A stretch of DNA of 64,000 nt from NCBI GenBank assembly GCA_045110695.1, contig JBGCGH010000048.1, positions 2,110 through 66,109 of the forward strand. The letters run 5' to 3'. Every line of letters starts with the position of its first letter. Position 1 is the first letter of the stretch. Both the position numbers and the translations under genes were made by a program. Shown here in pieces: positions 35,585 to 46,279 of this stretch. The stretch is from Bdellovibrionales bacterium. GTDB taxonomy: Bacteria > Bdellovibrionota > Bdellovibrionia > Bdellovibrionales > UBA840. Below the pieces are notes generated by a model. It had not been told where the DNA came from, made no database searches, and worked only from the letters and a program-made list of their open reading frames with translations.

Positions 35585-37267
35585 TTGCCGATTACTTTCT
35601 GTATGGAAAAAGCTGCAGTTCGCTTAGCTGAAGGCGATCTTTATCTGCATCAGGCAGAGGAAATTATTAATAAATCTAGAGTCTCCATGGGAGTTCTGAT
35701 AGCCCTCTATGTTCTACTGTCTTTGTCCGGAATTTATAGTGACTACCCTCAAACCACATTAATTGTTGGTTTGATTTATTTTGTCTTTGTTTCACTTCGC
35801 TTCCTCCACTTACTTTCTTTTGATAAAAAAGCAAAAAAGGACCCAGACGCATATTTTAAAGTTTTTAGGGCATTTGCGTTGATCACCTCTACTTTCTGGG
35901 GAATACTATTTGCTATGGTTTCTTTCCATTATGGGGATCATCGAGTTACCTATATTTTTATGATAGGTATATTTGGACTTGTTTTTGGCGGAACCAACTC
36001 CATGTATGCAGATCTAAAGCTTGCTCTCATTTATGCTGCAACAGCTTTAGTTCCTGCAGCAATTATTAATCTGGCTGGAGGATCCTACCAATCAGTACTA
36101 GGTGCCGGTTTGGTAGTTTTTTGGTTTCTCACATTTAAAAATACTAGAATTCAAAATAGATATTTTTGGAAATCATCAAAGGACAGAGAACTACTTAATA
36201 CAGTTTTCGAAGCTCTCCCGTCACCAATGAGTATTATATCGAATGAACTGATCTATGAACGAGTAAATAGGCACCTTGCAGATGCCTATCAATTGAGGCC
36301 AGACGAATTCATTGGAAAACCAGTAGGCTTTAATACATCGTTTAAAGACTCGATGAAATTCATAGAATTCTTAGAAAATACTTTTCAGGTAAAAGGAAAA
36401 GACGACTTTGTATCTGAGCTTAAAATAAAACAGGGTGAAGAAATTAAACACTTCTACATCGTTGCTGCAAAGTTTGCAAACGGTACAAAGATAGCATGTG
36501 TGAGTTTAGATGTAACTAGCGAGAAGCAAGCAGAAGAATTAATTGAACAACAAAGAGCTATTCAGCTAGAGGCATCTAGATTAAGTAGCATTGGTGAAAT
36601 GGCGAACTCGATGGCTCATGAAATCAATAACCCTCTAGCCATCATCTCAGGGAAAACTGATCAATTAGATTCCCTAATTACATCAGGAAAAGAAAAGCCA
36701 GAATACATAAAAAAATGTATCGAATCTATACAAACTAACGTAACTAGAATATCAAAAATTATACGGTCGCTAAGAACTGTTTCTGGCTCATCAGAGGAAA
36801 GCTTCCAACAATGTGATCTAAGTGAAATAGTTGAAGACAGTCTTTCACTTTGCAGAGAGCGTATGAAAAGCGCTGGCATTCAAATATCTATTGATTTAAA
36901 AGCAAAAGAAATTGAAGCTCATTCTTCTCAGTTGTCTCAAGCTATTTTACATTTGATGAGTAATTCCATTGAGCAAATCACTGCTCACAAATGTACCGAA
37001 AAATGGATTAAGATAGAAAGCTCTATTAACAAAGAAGCCATGGTCGAAATAGTCATCACTGATTCAGGCCAAGGAATCCCCGTAGAAGTTGCAAATAAAA
37101 TGTTCCAACCTTTCTTCTCAACAAAAGAGATTGGGGATGGAGTAGGATTGGGTTTAACAGTAGTTAGAAGTATTGTCCAAAACCATAGTGGTGAAATCTT
37201 CGTAGACAATTCAGCTAAAAACACTTGTTTTACAATCACAGTCCCTTTATACCAAAAAGCAGCATAA
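35585..37267 (+). CDS. Membrane sensor histidine kinase (multi-TM N-domain, PAS-like, HisKA, HATPase_c)
   Basis: H-box MANSMAHEINNPLA, N-box LMSNSIEQ, and G-boxes DSGQGIP and GVGLGL. There are about six N-terminal hydrophobic spans. The start is uncertain: TTG at 35585 or ATG at 35603. Confidence 0.85.
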   Translation: MPITFCMEKAAVRLAEGDLYLHQAEEIINKSRVSMGVLIALYVLLSLSGIYSDYPQTTLIVGLIYFVFVSLRFLHLLSFDKKAKKDPDAYFKVFRAFALITSTFWGILFAMVSFHYGDHRVTYIFMIGIFGLVFGGTNSMYADLKLALIYAATALVPAAIINLAGGSYQSVLGAGLVVFWFLTFKNTRIQNRYFWKSSKDRELLNTVFEALPSPMSIISNELIYERVNRHLADAYQLRPDEFIGKPVGFNTSFKDSMKFIEFLENTFQVKGKDDFVSELKIKQGEEIKHFYIVAAKFANGTKIACVSLDVTSEKQAEELIEQQRAIQLEASRLSSIGEMANSMAHEINNPLAIISGKTDQLDSLITSGKEKPEYIKKCIESIQTNVTRISKIIRSLRTVSGSSEESFQQCDLSEIVEDSLSLCRERMKSAGIQISIDLKAKEIEAHSSQLSQAILHLMSNSIEQITAHKCTEKWIKIESSINKEAMVEIVITDSGQGIPVEVANKMFQPFFSTKEIGDGVGLGLTVVRSIVQNHSGEIFVDNSAKNTCFTITVPLYQKAA

Positions 37268-37284
37268 ACTTCGGAGAAGACTAA

Positions 37285-38913
37285 ATGGAGCACTTTCACA
37301 GTAAAATAGTATCAGATCTAGTAGAACATCTAAAAAGAATGATTTCCGAAACAAATGGTATAACACTCAATGATACCCTAGAGCTCAGTGCCCATTCCGA
37401 TTTTGTAGAGGGAAATAAAAATATAAGTAAGCTACTACATGAATTTAGACTGCTACTTAGTAATTATCAGCAAGAAGAAGTAGATATTTTGACTCTACTT
37501 CAACATCCTGTAGCCGAAGCTCTATCTATATTCTTCAAAGACTTTCCTGTTACCTACAATGAAGAACATACCCACTTAACTGGATCCCTTACCGCTGAGT
37601 TTGTTTTCCCGAGGTTGAAAGTTCTTTTGGATGGACCTCATGGTGATATTTATAAAAAGAAAATTACTGACATCTACGGAGAATCTGCAATTCCGATAAA
37701 TTCTGAAGAAGACGTAGACAAGCTAATACGCTTAGCCGAAGGTGAGTTTTTCGACCAGTATTTAAAGATTTTAACAATCCCAAAATTGATTCTTACTGAT
37801 AAACAGGTTCATAGAGAGGCCGCATATCATATGGCAAGCGAGATCTACAATAAATATAATGTAGGTATGTTGAGATTAAAATTTACCCTGAGTAGAGAAA
37901 GTCAAAGTGAAGCAGAACAAATTCCTGGCCTCGAAAATATTTCTGGAGAAGACGTTGTTCTTGGACTCTATGAAGGTTTTCAAAAATTTCGCGAAGAAAA
38001 CCCAAGGTTTAACTTTATTCTATCTCCTAGTTTTAGGAAAGAATCTGATTTCTTCGATTCGAGTAAATTCTCAAATAAAGAAGATCATTTTATGGCCCAA
38101 GTAGATTACATTCTTGAGTTGATTGAAAAGTATCCCTTCCTAGCAGACCATCTAAATGAGGTGGATACAGTTGGGAATGAACGAGATCTTTATCGAAAAT
38201 CACACTTTGCACAAATGCAGTATGGCTTCAGAAAACTACACTATAAAGGTTTTAAGATTCGATCCCACCATGGAGAAACTTGGCATACTTTGAGAAAGGG
38301 AGTTCAGGCCGTAGATAATGCCATGAACATTTGGCATATAGACACCTTGGAACATGGACTAAGCTTAGGAGTTAATCCAAACTACTATTTTCATTCTCTA
38401 TACCAAAGGGTAATAAGAATGAACAGAATGAGTCGCCCTTTGGCCAAAGGAAGTATTGAGTGCAATGAAATCATTGATATGGATTGGTATAAATATAACG
38501 ATGTCAGAGACAAATTAGTGAATGGTGAGAAGCTTTCTGAGTCTGAAAGTGTAATCTTCATAAAAACAAAGTTTCATACCGCCAGAGAGATTGAACACTA
38601 TCAACACGATGTCTTAAACCGTATGATTACAAAGGGAGTTAGGCTAACAGCCCTACCTTCCTCAAATAATAAACTTACGCGTTATTTTGATGACTACAAG
38701 GACCATCCATTTTCTTGGTGGGAGAAAAAAGGCGTTCGACTTTCTGTAGGAACAGATAATTACGTTACTCTAAATACAAATTTTATTCGAGAAATGCTTA
38801 TACTACTTTTCTCTGACCCTGATAACTTAAAGATTACAAAACTTTTAATGGTCACAACAGGTATAAATCATAGGCCTCTTATTAGTCAGCTATTATGGTC
38901 CATGAGATCTTAA
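37285..38913 (+). CDS. Adenosine/AMP deaminase-fold metallohydrolase (long N-terminal extension)
   Basis: Metal and catalytic motifs appear in canonical order: EEHTHLTGS (HxH), SHHGETW (cf. HAGE), DTLEHGLSL (cf. RIGHG) and SVGTDNY (cf. NTDDP). GGAGAAG lies upstream, 18 nt after the kinase stop. Confidence 0.6.
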   Translation: MEHFHSKIVSDLVEHLKRMISETNGITLNDTLELSAHSDFVEGNKNISKLLHEFRLLLSNYQQEEVDILTLLQHPVAEALSIFFKDFPVTYNEEHTHLTGSLTAEFVFPRLKVLLDGPHGDIYKKKITDIYGESAIPINSEEDVDKLIRLAEGEFFDQYLKILTIPKLILTDKQVHREAAYHMASEIYNKYNVGMLRLKFTLSRESQSEAEQIPGLENISGEDVVLGLYEGFQKFREENPRFNFILSPSFRKESDFFDSSKFSNKEDHFMAQVDYILELIEKYPFLADHLNEVDTVGNERDLYRKSHFAQMQYGFRKLHYKGFKIRSHHGETWHTLRKGVQAVDNAMNIWHIDTLEHGLSLGVNPNYYFHSLYQRVIRMNRMSRPLAKGSIECNEIIDMDWYKYNDVRDKLVNGEKLSESESVIFIKTKFHTAREIEHYQHDVLNRMITKGVRLTALPSSNNKLTRYFDDYKDHPFSWWEKKGVRLSVGTDNYVTLNTNFIREMLILLFSDPDNLKITKLLMVTTGINHRPLISQLLWSMRS

Positions 38914-39554
38914 GTATACTCTTGGTATACATCTTGTGGGCTCAAGCCTTTATTTAGATCAGAAAAGAACCTAGAAAATGAATCCTCTTGCGATAAATCT
39001 ATTAGAAGCTGTCTGGTAAACAAATAAGTTAGTCCCCAGAGGTCTTTATTGTTCGGGAAGCGAATAGCAGGCAGTTCTTTTTCAAAGGCATCATGACGAT
39101 AAATAAAACTTTTACGATTTTTAGGGTCACAAATATATTTTAAGGGCATCCAAAATGCACTTCCAACTTCTTCTAGATCCAAACTAAAACTTTGCTTTTC
39201 TTCAACGATAAATAGGCTGGGATGAATGCTAAAGTCCATCATAGCTCCACCCCTTCGTCCTTGTACGGGAGGCATCACTCCGACGAATTCGTCATGAGAC
39301 AAGCTTACACCAACCTCTTCTTGAGTCTCTCTTATAGCTGTTGTGATTGTATCGCCATCACTTTCTTCAAACCTACCACCAGGAAAAGCTATTTGTCCCG
39401 ACCAAGGATCATTTGGATTAGTGGCTCTTTCAATAAATAAAATTTCAGGTTCAGATAAATGCCCGCATATACAAATTGCTACTCCTGCTTTTCGATCAAA
39501 AAGGGCCTGCTCTTTTTGCGGAAATATCGATTTCAAATATTTTATATTGAACAT
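38910..39554 (-). CDS. NUDIX hydrolase (CoA pyrophosphatase-like)
   Basis: Nudix box GQIAFPGGRFEESDGDTITTAIRETQEEVGV, with upstream context typical of the NudL/CoAse subgroup. Confidence 0.7.
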   Translation of the reverse strand: MFNIKYLKSIFPQKEQALFDRKAGVAICICGHLSEPEILFIERATNPNDPWSGQIAFPGGRFEESDGDTITTAIRETQEEVGVSLSHDEFVGVMPPVQGRRGGAMMDFSIHPSLFIVEEKQSFSLDLEEVGSAFWMPLKYICDPKNRKSFIYRHDAFEKELPAIRFPNNKDLWGLTYLFTRQLLIDLSQEDSFSRFFSDLNKGLSPQDVYQEYT

Positions 39555-39835
39555 TATCCAGGATACGCGATATGAAGCTCATCCGATTCTGGCGTCGCCT
39601 GGCAGCATAAAATTTGCCCTTCTTCCACTTCGTCATCTGACAAAATGTCGTGGGACTCCATGCTTACCTTACCAGATTTTGTCTCGGCCTGACAGGCTAC
39701 ACAAACACCTGCCATGCAGGAGTAAGGCGCATCAACACCATTCCTAAGAGCCGCTTCAAGAACGGTTTCTGATTTTGACATTTCAAACTCATGGCTTTCA
39801 CCAGATACTTCTAAAGTTACTTTTACATTCGACAT
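39554..39835 (-). CDS. Plant-type [2Fe-2S] ferredoxin
   Basis: CMAGVCVACQ (Cx4Cx2C) plus a downstream CC, length 93 aa. Its stop overlaps the NUDIX start. Confidence 0.75.
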   Translation of the reverse strand: MSNVKVTLEVSGESHEFEMSKSETVLEAALRNGVDAPYSCMAGVCVACQAETKSGKVSMESHDILSDDEVEEGQILCCQATPESDELHIAYPG

Positions 39836-39844
39836 CGTCTTCTC

Positions 39845-42235
39845 CTACTTAACGATAAGGTTCAAAATCTTTCCTGCTTTATATATCACTCTAACTATTT
39901 TTTTGTCTCCCACCGCAGTTTCCACTGGTGGGAGCTCCATTGCCATTTTTACTGCAAGATCCTCAGGGGCATCTACAGCGATTTGGATAGACCCTCTCAT
40001 TTTACCGAGAACTTGAACCCCTATTTCTACACTGTCTTCCTTACACTTATCTTCGTCAAACTCCGGCCAATTTGCATGACTAACAAGCCCCTTCTCCCCG
40101 GCTGCCTGCCAGATTTCCTCAGCCATATGTGGTGCAAAGGGCATCAATAACACTGATAGGGTTTTCAATACAGAAACAGGGCGTACATTTTCTTTATACA
40201 TCTCATTGGTTAATATCATCATTTGGGAGATCGAAGTGTTAAAGCTCAGGCTTTCAATGTCTTCTGTTACTTTTTTAATAGTCTGATGAAGTAATTTTTC
40301 AAGATTCTCACTGGGTACTGTGTCTTCAGCGATAAACTCACCAGAGTCGGAATCAAAGCACAATCTATATACTCGGTCCAAAAAGCGTTTAACTCCCTGG
40401 ATTCCATTGTCAGCCCATGGCTTATCTTTCTCTAATGGTCCCATAAACATTTCATAAAGCCGTAGTGCATCGGCACCATATTTCTCTACTACATCATCTG
40501 GATTAATCACGTTGCCACGTGACTTAGACATTTTTTCTCCGTCGCCACCTAAAACCATTCCCTGATGAACCAGCTTTTGAAATGGTTCAGGGCTCGAAAC
40601 CATACCGGCATCAAACATTACTTTTTGCCAAAACCGCGAATATAGCAGATGACCTACAGTATGTTCAGCGCCCCCAAGATATAGATCTACAGGCATCCAG
40701 TAATCCTGTGCCTCAAAGGAAAAAGCTTCCTCGTTATTATTAGGATCACAATACCTTAAAAAGTACCAAGACGAGCCAGCACTTCCCGGCATTGTATCTG
40801 TCTCTCTAGAAGCTTCATCTTTGTAGTTTACCCAATCCGCAGCATTTGCAATAGGAGATTCTCCAGAGTCACTAGGCTCATAATCTACAACCTCAGGCAA
40901 TAAAACTGGTAACTCTTCCTTGGGAACAGTCTTTAAATCACCGTTTGGATAATGCACTACAGGGAACGGCTCCCCCCAAAAGCGTTGTCTAGAAAACAAC
41001 CAATCTCTTAACTTGTATTGCACTTTTGCTTTTCCAATTCCCTCTTTCTCAAGATGATCTATCATTTCCTGAATCGCTTTGGGTTTAGATAGGCCATTTA
41101 AAAAACCGGAATTAACCAAATCCCCTTCGCCACCAAAAGGGAGCTCTTCTTCGGATTGAATAACCCTCTGAATTTCTAGCCCAAACTTGGTAGCAAATTC
41201 AAAGTCTCTTTCGTCGTGGGCGGGAACGGCCATAATAGCTCCCGTTCCGTAAGACATTAAGACATAGTCAGAAATCCAAACGGGAACTTTCTTACCATTA
41301 ATCGGATTAATAGCAAAGCCACCTGTGTTGACTCCCGTTTTTTCTGTATCTGCCTGTCGGTCAATTTCTGATTTTCTTGAACTAACATCAACATAAGCGG
41401 CAACCTCATCTTTGAAATTGTCAGTAGTCAGTTTAGACACCAAAGGATGCTCAGGAGCTATGACCATAAAGGTGGCTCCAAAAAGCGTGTCTGGTCGAGT
41501 AGTAAAGACATCAATACTTTCACTATCTTCTTCCGTCTTAAAACTGAGTTCAGCCCCGGTAGATTTTCCAATCCAGTTTTTTTGAGCTTCCTTAGTTCGT
41601 TCCGGCCAATCAATAGTTTCTAAATCTTCAATTAATCTCTCAGCATAATCTGTAATTTTCAACATCCACTGTTTCATGGGTTTTCTAAAAACGGGGTGTC
41701 CACCCCTCTCACTTTTCCCGTCCACAACCTCTTCATTAGCTAGAACCGTTTTTAGAGCCGGACACCAATTTACTGCCACTTCTTTTTGGTAGGCTAATCC
41801 CTTCTCATGGAGAATAGAAAAAATATATTGAGTCCATTTATAGAACTTTGGGTCACAGGTAGAGATTTCTCTGTCCCAGTCATAGGAAAATCCCAGCATT
41901 TTTAATTGCCTCTTAAAGTTCACCATAGCCTCTTCAGTTGTCTTAGCTGGATGAACCCCAGTTTTTATAGCGTGCTGCTCTGCGGGCAGCCCAAAAGCGT
42001 CCCAACCCATGGGATGCAAAACATTAAAGCCCTTCGCTCTCTTATAACGAGAAACAATATCAGTAGCAGTATATCCTTCAGGATGCCCCACATGAAGGCC
42101 AGTGGCCGAAGGGTAAGGAAACATATCCAGAACATAGTACTTTGGCTTAGACTTATCCAACTGTGCTTTAAATGCCTGAGAGTCATCCCACTTCTGTTGC
42201 CACTTCTTTTCTATTTCTAAATGCTTATAGCTCAT
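39845..42235 (-). CDS. leuS: Leucine--tRNA ligase
   Basis: HVGHPEGY (HIGH), KMSKSRGN (KMSKS), and 796 aa with the LeuS editing domain layout. Confidence 0.95.
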   Translation of the reverse strand: MSYKHLEIEKKWQQKWDDSQAFKAQLDKSKPKYYVLDMFPYPSATGLHVGHPEGYTATDIVSRYKRAKGFNVLHPMGWDAFGLPAEQHAIKTGVHPAKTTEEAMVNFKRQLKMLGFSYDWDREISTCDPKFYKWTQYIFSILHEKGLAYQKEVAVNWCPALKTVLANEEVVDGKSERGGHPVFRKPMKQWMLKITDYAERLIEDLETIDWPERTKEAQKNWIGKSTGAELSFKTEEDSESIDVFTTRPDTLFGATFMVIAPEHPLVSKLTTDNFKDEVAAYVDVSSRKSEIDRQADTEKTGVNTGGFAINPINGKKVPVWISDYVLMSYGTGAIMAVPAHDERDFEFATKFGLEIQRVIQSEEELPFGGEGDLVNSGFLNGLSKPKAIQEMIDHLEKEGIGKAKVQYKLRDWLFSRQRFWGEPFPVVHYPNGDLKTVPKEELPVLLPEVVDYEPSDSGESPIANAADWVNYKDEASRETDTMPGSAGSSWYFLRYCDPNNNEEAFSFEAQDYWMPVDLYLGGAEHTVGHLLYSRFWQKVMFDAGMVSSPEPFQKLVHQGMVLGGDGEKMSKSRGNVINPDDVVEKYGADALRLYEMFMGPLEKDKPWADNGIQGVKRFLDRVYRLCFDSDSGEFIAEDTVPSENLEKLLHQTIKKVTEDIESLSFNTSISQMMILTNEMYKENVRPVSVLKTLSVLLMPFAPHMAEEIWQAAGEKGLVSHANWPEFDEDKCKEDSVEIGVQVLGKMRGSIQIAVDAPEDLAVKMAMELPPVETAVGDKKIVRVIYKAGKILNLIVK

Positions 42236-42281
42236 AGCAAACCCTTAATTGGAAGGAGTATTATTTTATAAAACTTTCGGA

Positions 42282-42863
42282 CTATTGTGCCTGAAAAAGA
42301 GAGGCTTGCCTAGGTAGACCTTCAATATTTTTGTTATCTTTTAAATAGATTAGGTCTTTGAACCCAAATGATATTTTTCGCTGTGCTGAATCAAATACCT
42401 CTATCCAAATCCCCGGCTGCACAAGGCCCACTTGAGCGCCAATTTTACCTAAAAAATCAGCTTCTAAAACCTCATCGCCAACAGAAAGGTCCATCGAGTT
42501 TTGCATGAATCCGTATAGCTTTACTTGGAAAAACTCATTGGCTATTAGAACATGATTCATTGAATCTAAATTTTCTAGACGACCATAACGAAATAGATCC
42601 ACGAAAAGATTCATATACTCTCTGTCTGGACGATCCGACAAGATGCTCATCACTTTTCCGTTCAAAGGACTGTTAACGGGGGCGCTATAACTTATGAATT
42701 TTGATACTGGTAAGCCAAAAAACAGATGTCCTAGACTTGCCCACGGAGAATAGGCTTTGCCAAACTTGTTAGCCTTAAAAAAGAAGCTCCGACCAGGCTT
42801 TGTACTTGGAGGATTCATCTTTAAACATACATCAGACAATGGAAAATGAAGCTTATTACTCAC
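42282..42863 (-). CDS. Hypothetical protein, possibly a degenerate LytM/M23-fold domain
   Basis: VGDEVLEADFLGKIG resembles the M23 motif 'VGDxVxxGqxIGxvG', but the HxH catalytic motif is absent. GTG start. Confidence 0.3.
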   Translation of the reverse strand: MSNKLHFPLSDVCLKMNPPSTKPGRSFFFKANKFGKAYSPWASLGHLFFGLPVSKFISYSAPVNSPLNGKVMSILSDRPDREYMNLFVDLFRYGRLENLDSMNHVLIANEFFQVKLYGFMQNSMDLSVGDEVLEADFLGKIGAQVGLVQPGIWIEVFDSAQRKISFGFKDLIYLKDNKNIEGLPRQASLFQAQ

Positions 42864-43075
42864 CCATCTCTAATAGCCAGAATATGCATCAAAGGCAAAA
42901 TTCGGACTTGAATTCCCATTACTTAGCAGCCTAACAGTAAAATTTTCAAAAAAGCTCGATCAAATACAAGGGAGCCCCACTATATTTAGTAATAACTAAA
43001 TGATTTCAAAAAAGAATACCCAAGGGAAACCACCAAAGTTTAGAGTGCTCTCAATCAAAAAAGAGGGGAACTAGA

Positions 43076-44374
43076 ATGATCAGAATCACGGAAAAACTTC
43101 GTTCTGCACCAGATAGCGTATTTAATATTTATTGTATATTTGCCGCCTTCTCTACCTACTTTTGCATGTATGCATTTCGGAAACCCTTTAGCGTGGGAAC
43201 CTTTCAAGGAGTCGAGTTTGGACTATTGCCGGATATCGATTTTAAAATCGTACTGATCATTTCACAGGTATTTGGCTACACCTTATCAAAATTTATAGGA
43301 ATTAAAATAGTTTCTGAACTCTCAGGTAATCACCGAGCAAAGGCATTAGTAGCCCTTATCATTTTTGCAGAACTCGCACTGGTTGGCTTTGCCTTTGCCC
43401 CGAGTAGTTATAAAGTTTTATTTATATTTTTAAACGGACTACCCCTTGGAATGGTTTGGGGTTTAGTGTTCGGCTTCTTAGAGGGGCGAAAATCCACCGA
43501 GCTTTTAGGTGCTGGCTTGTCTGCTAGTTATATCGTTGCAAGTGGTGCTGTTAAAAGTGTTGGGGCCTACTTGATGAGCCTAGGTATATCTGAGTATATG
43601 ATGCCTTTTGCCACCGGTATGATTTTCTTCCCCATCTTTCTAATCATGGTTTTTCTACTCAATCAAATTCCCAAACCTAGCAAAGAAGATATCGAACTTA
43701 GAACTGAGCGAAAGGCGATGGACTCTAGTGATCGATCCAAGTTTTTTAAAACCTTTGCTCCCGGTCTTATTCCTTTGACTCTATTGTACATGCTACTAAC
43801 AGCCTACCGAGACTTTAGGGATAATTTTGCAAGAGAGATCTGGGACGCCCTTGGCTATAGTGCTAAGCCAACAATTTTCACCTACTCTGAACTCCCCATT
43901 GCTGTTGGTGTATTGGTTGCACTGGCCTTTTTAGTTCTCATAAAAAACAATAGAAAAGCACTCTATACAATTCACTTTATAATGCTTGGTGGGACAATCT
44001 TAATTGGACTTAGTACTTTCCTGTGGCAAATGGAAATCATCTCACCCGTTGCTTGGATGATATCTGTAGGCTTTGGGCTTTACCTTGGCTATGTCCCGTA
44101 TGGCTGCGTTCTTTTTGATCGCCTTATTGCTGCTACTGGATTTGTTGGAACCGCTGGGTTTATGATCTACGTTACTGATGCCTTTGGTTACTTAGGTAGT
44201 GTAGGCTTGATGCTGTATAAAAACTTTGGTCATGCAGACCTATCTTGGCTAGAGTTTTTTACCATGTTTAGCTACGCTTGTTCGATCTTTTGCTCTGTTA
44301 GCTTTTTGATTTCTTTGATCTACTTTACTAAAAATAAAAAAACCCAAGCTATGGTTTCTCAGGCCTCTTCGTAA
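43076..44374 (+). CDS. Polytopic membrane protein (MFS-like, about 12 TM)
   Basis: Hydrophobicity pattern only. AGAGGGGA lies upstream of the ATG. Confidence 0.5.
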   Translation: MIRITEKLRSAPDSVFNIYCIFAAFSTYFCMYAFRKPFSVGTFQGVEFGLLPDIDFKIVLIISQVFGYTLSKFIGIKIVSELSGNHRAKALVALIIFAELALVGFAFAPSSYKVLFIFLNGLPLGMVWGLVFGFLEGRKSTELLGAGLSASYIVASGAVKSVGAYLMSLGISEYMMPFATGMIFFPIFLIMVFLLNQIPKPSKEDIELRTERKAMDSSDRSKFFKTFAPGLIPLTLLYMLLTAYRDFRDNFAREIWDALGYSAKPTIFTYSELPIAVGVLVALAFLVLIKNNRKALYTIHFIMLGGTILIGLSTFLWQMEIISPVAWMISVGFGLYLGYVPYGCVLFDRLIAATGFVGTAGFMIYVTDAFGYLGSVGLMLYKNFGHADLSWLEFFTMFSYACSIFCSVSFLISLIYFTKNKKTQAMVSQASS

Positions 44375-44392
44375 GAATATAAATTAGCAAAC

Positions 44393-45739
44393 TTAGCTCT
44401 TGGAGGCTTCCTCTAGGGGCTTATATTCCCAATCAAAACGCTTTAAGCCCTCTTTCAAGGCAGGCTCTCTGTATCTCAACATCGCCTCTCTCCAGTTTAC
44501 TCTGGACTTCCATGCTTGAAGCTTTGTAAATAAGCCAACGTTAGCGCGATCAAGTAAAAGAAAATCTTCTTTAGGACTAGGTCTGCCTTTAAAATCCATG
44601 TTAGTTACAAACTCTTTCACCAGGCCGATCGGATTTGGTACCTCAGCAAAATAAGCTCCTTCTTTTAAAAACGGTCGATAGATTTTATCTACCATCATTA
44701 AATGGGACTCAATAAAACTATACTCATCCGATTCTTGAATAATCCCTAGTTCCATACCCACTTTTTTATAGAGCTCTACACTTCTAATTTCCACTGCATA
44801 TTGGAGGATTGCATAATTTTGGACAAACTCTTCAGAAAAGTACTTAGTAGATCCAAAATCAAATAGAAAGATTCTATCGTTGTTAAAAAGATAATTTCCA
44901 TTTTGTGGGTCGGTATGAAGGTGCCGGTTTACGAAAAGAGAATGTAGGTAAGATTCATAGAGTAGCTGCCCTAGAAAATCTTTATCTTTTTGTTTATAGT
45001 TAAGAGTTTCTTCAAACCGATCACCAGAAACAAACTCAGTAGTCAAAACCTCGTTGGAACTAAACTCCGGATAAACTTTTGGGATCTTAATACCATCAAA
45101 TTTACCCCTAAGATCAGAGCTAATGTCCTGCATAGCCTTAGCCTCTCTGATATAGTCGCACTCTTCTATGAGACTTCTTTTAATCTCTTCAAGAACTACA
45201 TCCATCTGTGGCTTAGGAATATTGAATACGTCAAAGAGCTTCTCAATCTTATCGAGATTTTCTAAATCACCTGATATGGCGTCAACAATTTTTGGGTACT
45301 GAACCTTAACAGCTAATTTTTCGCCCGCCTCGTTCTCTGCGACATGAACCTGCCCAATACTAGCCGCAGCAATTGGTGTCCAATCGAACTTCGTAAATAG
45401 ATCATCGGGGCTTTGTTGGAAGCTTTTATTAAAAACTTTTTCCAATTCTTCTCTTGGCATATAAGAAGTAGAGGATTGCAAAGTCTTAAATAAGTCTGTG
45501 ACCTCTTCTGGTAAAACCATATCTCCGGTTATAGAAACCATCTGGCCGACCTTCATAAGTCCACCTTTAAGCTCACCCATGGTTTCAATTAGCTCTTTAG
45601 CTGCCGATAATTGAAAATCCAAGCTGGTTTCTTTGGACTTGAGTCTGTCTTTGGCATAACCCAATCCCATCTTGGCCACTGATGACCCCAATTTAAGCAT
45701 TCTCGAATATTTTCCACTCTTGAGTTTTTTCTCGTCCAT
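44393..45739 (-). CDS. ABC1/UbiB (AarF) atypical kinase family protein
   Basis: IAAASIGQVHVAE...KLAVKVQYP and HTDPQNGNYLF (cf. HADPHPGN) are ABC1 signatures. Confidence 0.75.
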   Translation of the reverse strand: MDEKKLKSGKYSRMLKLGSSVAKMGLGYAKDRLKSKETSLDFQLSAAKELIETMGELKGGLMKVGQMVSITGDMVLPEEVTDLFKTLQSSTSYMPREELEKVFNKSFQQSPDDLFTKFDWTPIAAASIGQVHVAENEAGEKLAVKVQYPKIVDAISGDLENLDKIEKLFDVFNIPKPQMDVVLEEIKRSLIEECDYIREAKAMQDISSDLRGKFDGIKIPKVYPEFSSNEVLTTEFVSGDRFEETLNYKQKDKDFLGQLLYESYLHSLFVNRHLHTDPQNGNYLFNNDRIFLFDFGSTKYFSEEFVQNYAILQYAVEIRSVELYKKVGMELGIIQESDEYSFIESHLMMVDKIYRPFLKEGAYFAEVPNPIGLVKEFVTNMDFKGRPSPKEDFLLLDRANVGLFTKLQAWKSRVNWREAMLRYREPALKEGLKRFDWEYKPLEEASKS

Positions 45740-45821
45740 TTAGCACCTTTTGACCAGTTCATTCCCCAAGAATTGAACTCCCATCTAAAACTAATTAGTA
45801 TAAATATGTAGGAGTAATAGT

Positions 45822-46196
45822 ATGCCCTTAGATATTATATGTGTGGACGATAATAAAACACAATTAAAGATTTTTGAAGCACATTTAAAAGACCAAGATT
45901 ACATGGTCGAGTATTTTGAAAATCCAGAAGATGCTCTTGAGCGCTTAAAAACGGAAGTTCCGAAACTTCTGGTATTGGATCTTTTGATGCCAGGAATCAC
46001 AGGCGAAGAACTACTTATGAAGTTTAGTGAGTATAAAAACTGGTCAGGTATGAAGATTTTGGTAGTGACAGGCTCAGACGTCGACAAAACCAAAGTCTTT
46101 ACTTTAGCAACTCTTGGGGTACACGAGGTTCTGACAAAACCAATTCACCCGGATGCCTTCCGAGCTAAAATAGAAAGCATGATCGATGCCGCTTGA
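45822..46196 (+). CDS. Single-domain response regulator (CheY-like receiver)
   Basis: DD pair (VDDNK), phospho-acceptor context LLVLDLLMPGITG, and conserved T and K (VVTG, TKP). Confidence 0.8.
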   Translation: MPLDIICVDDNKTQLKIFEAHLKDQDYMVEYFENPEDALERLKTEVPKLLVLDLLMPGITGEELLMKFSEYKNWSGMKILVVTGSDVDKTKVFTLATLGVHEVLTKPIHPDAFRAKIESMIDAA

Positions 46197-46279
46197 AGTT
46201 GATCTAAATTAAAGAAACTGTTGTAATTTTATTTTCCCAACCAACACCTATTCCGTATAAAACTTTATAAAGAGGATTT

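Noticed and set aside
37285-38913. The adenosine-deaminase-fold protein as RADAR RdrB-like defence deaminase
   Set aside because: No RdrA-like ATPase is adjacent. The protein is much smaller than my recollection of RdrB, and its neighbour is a histidine kinase.
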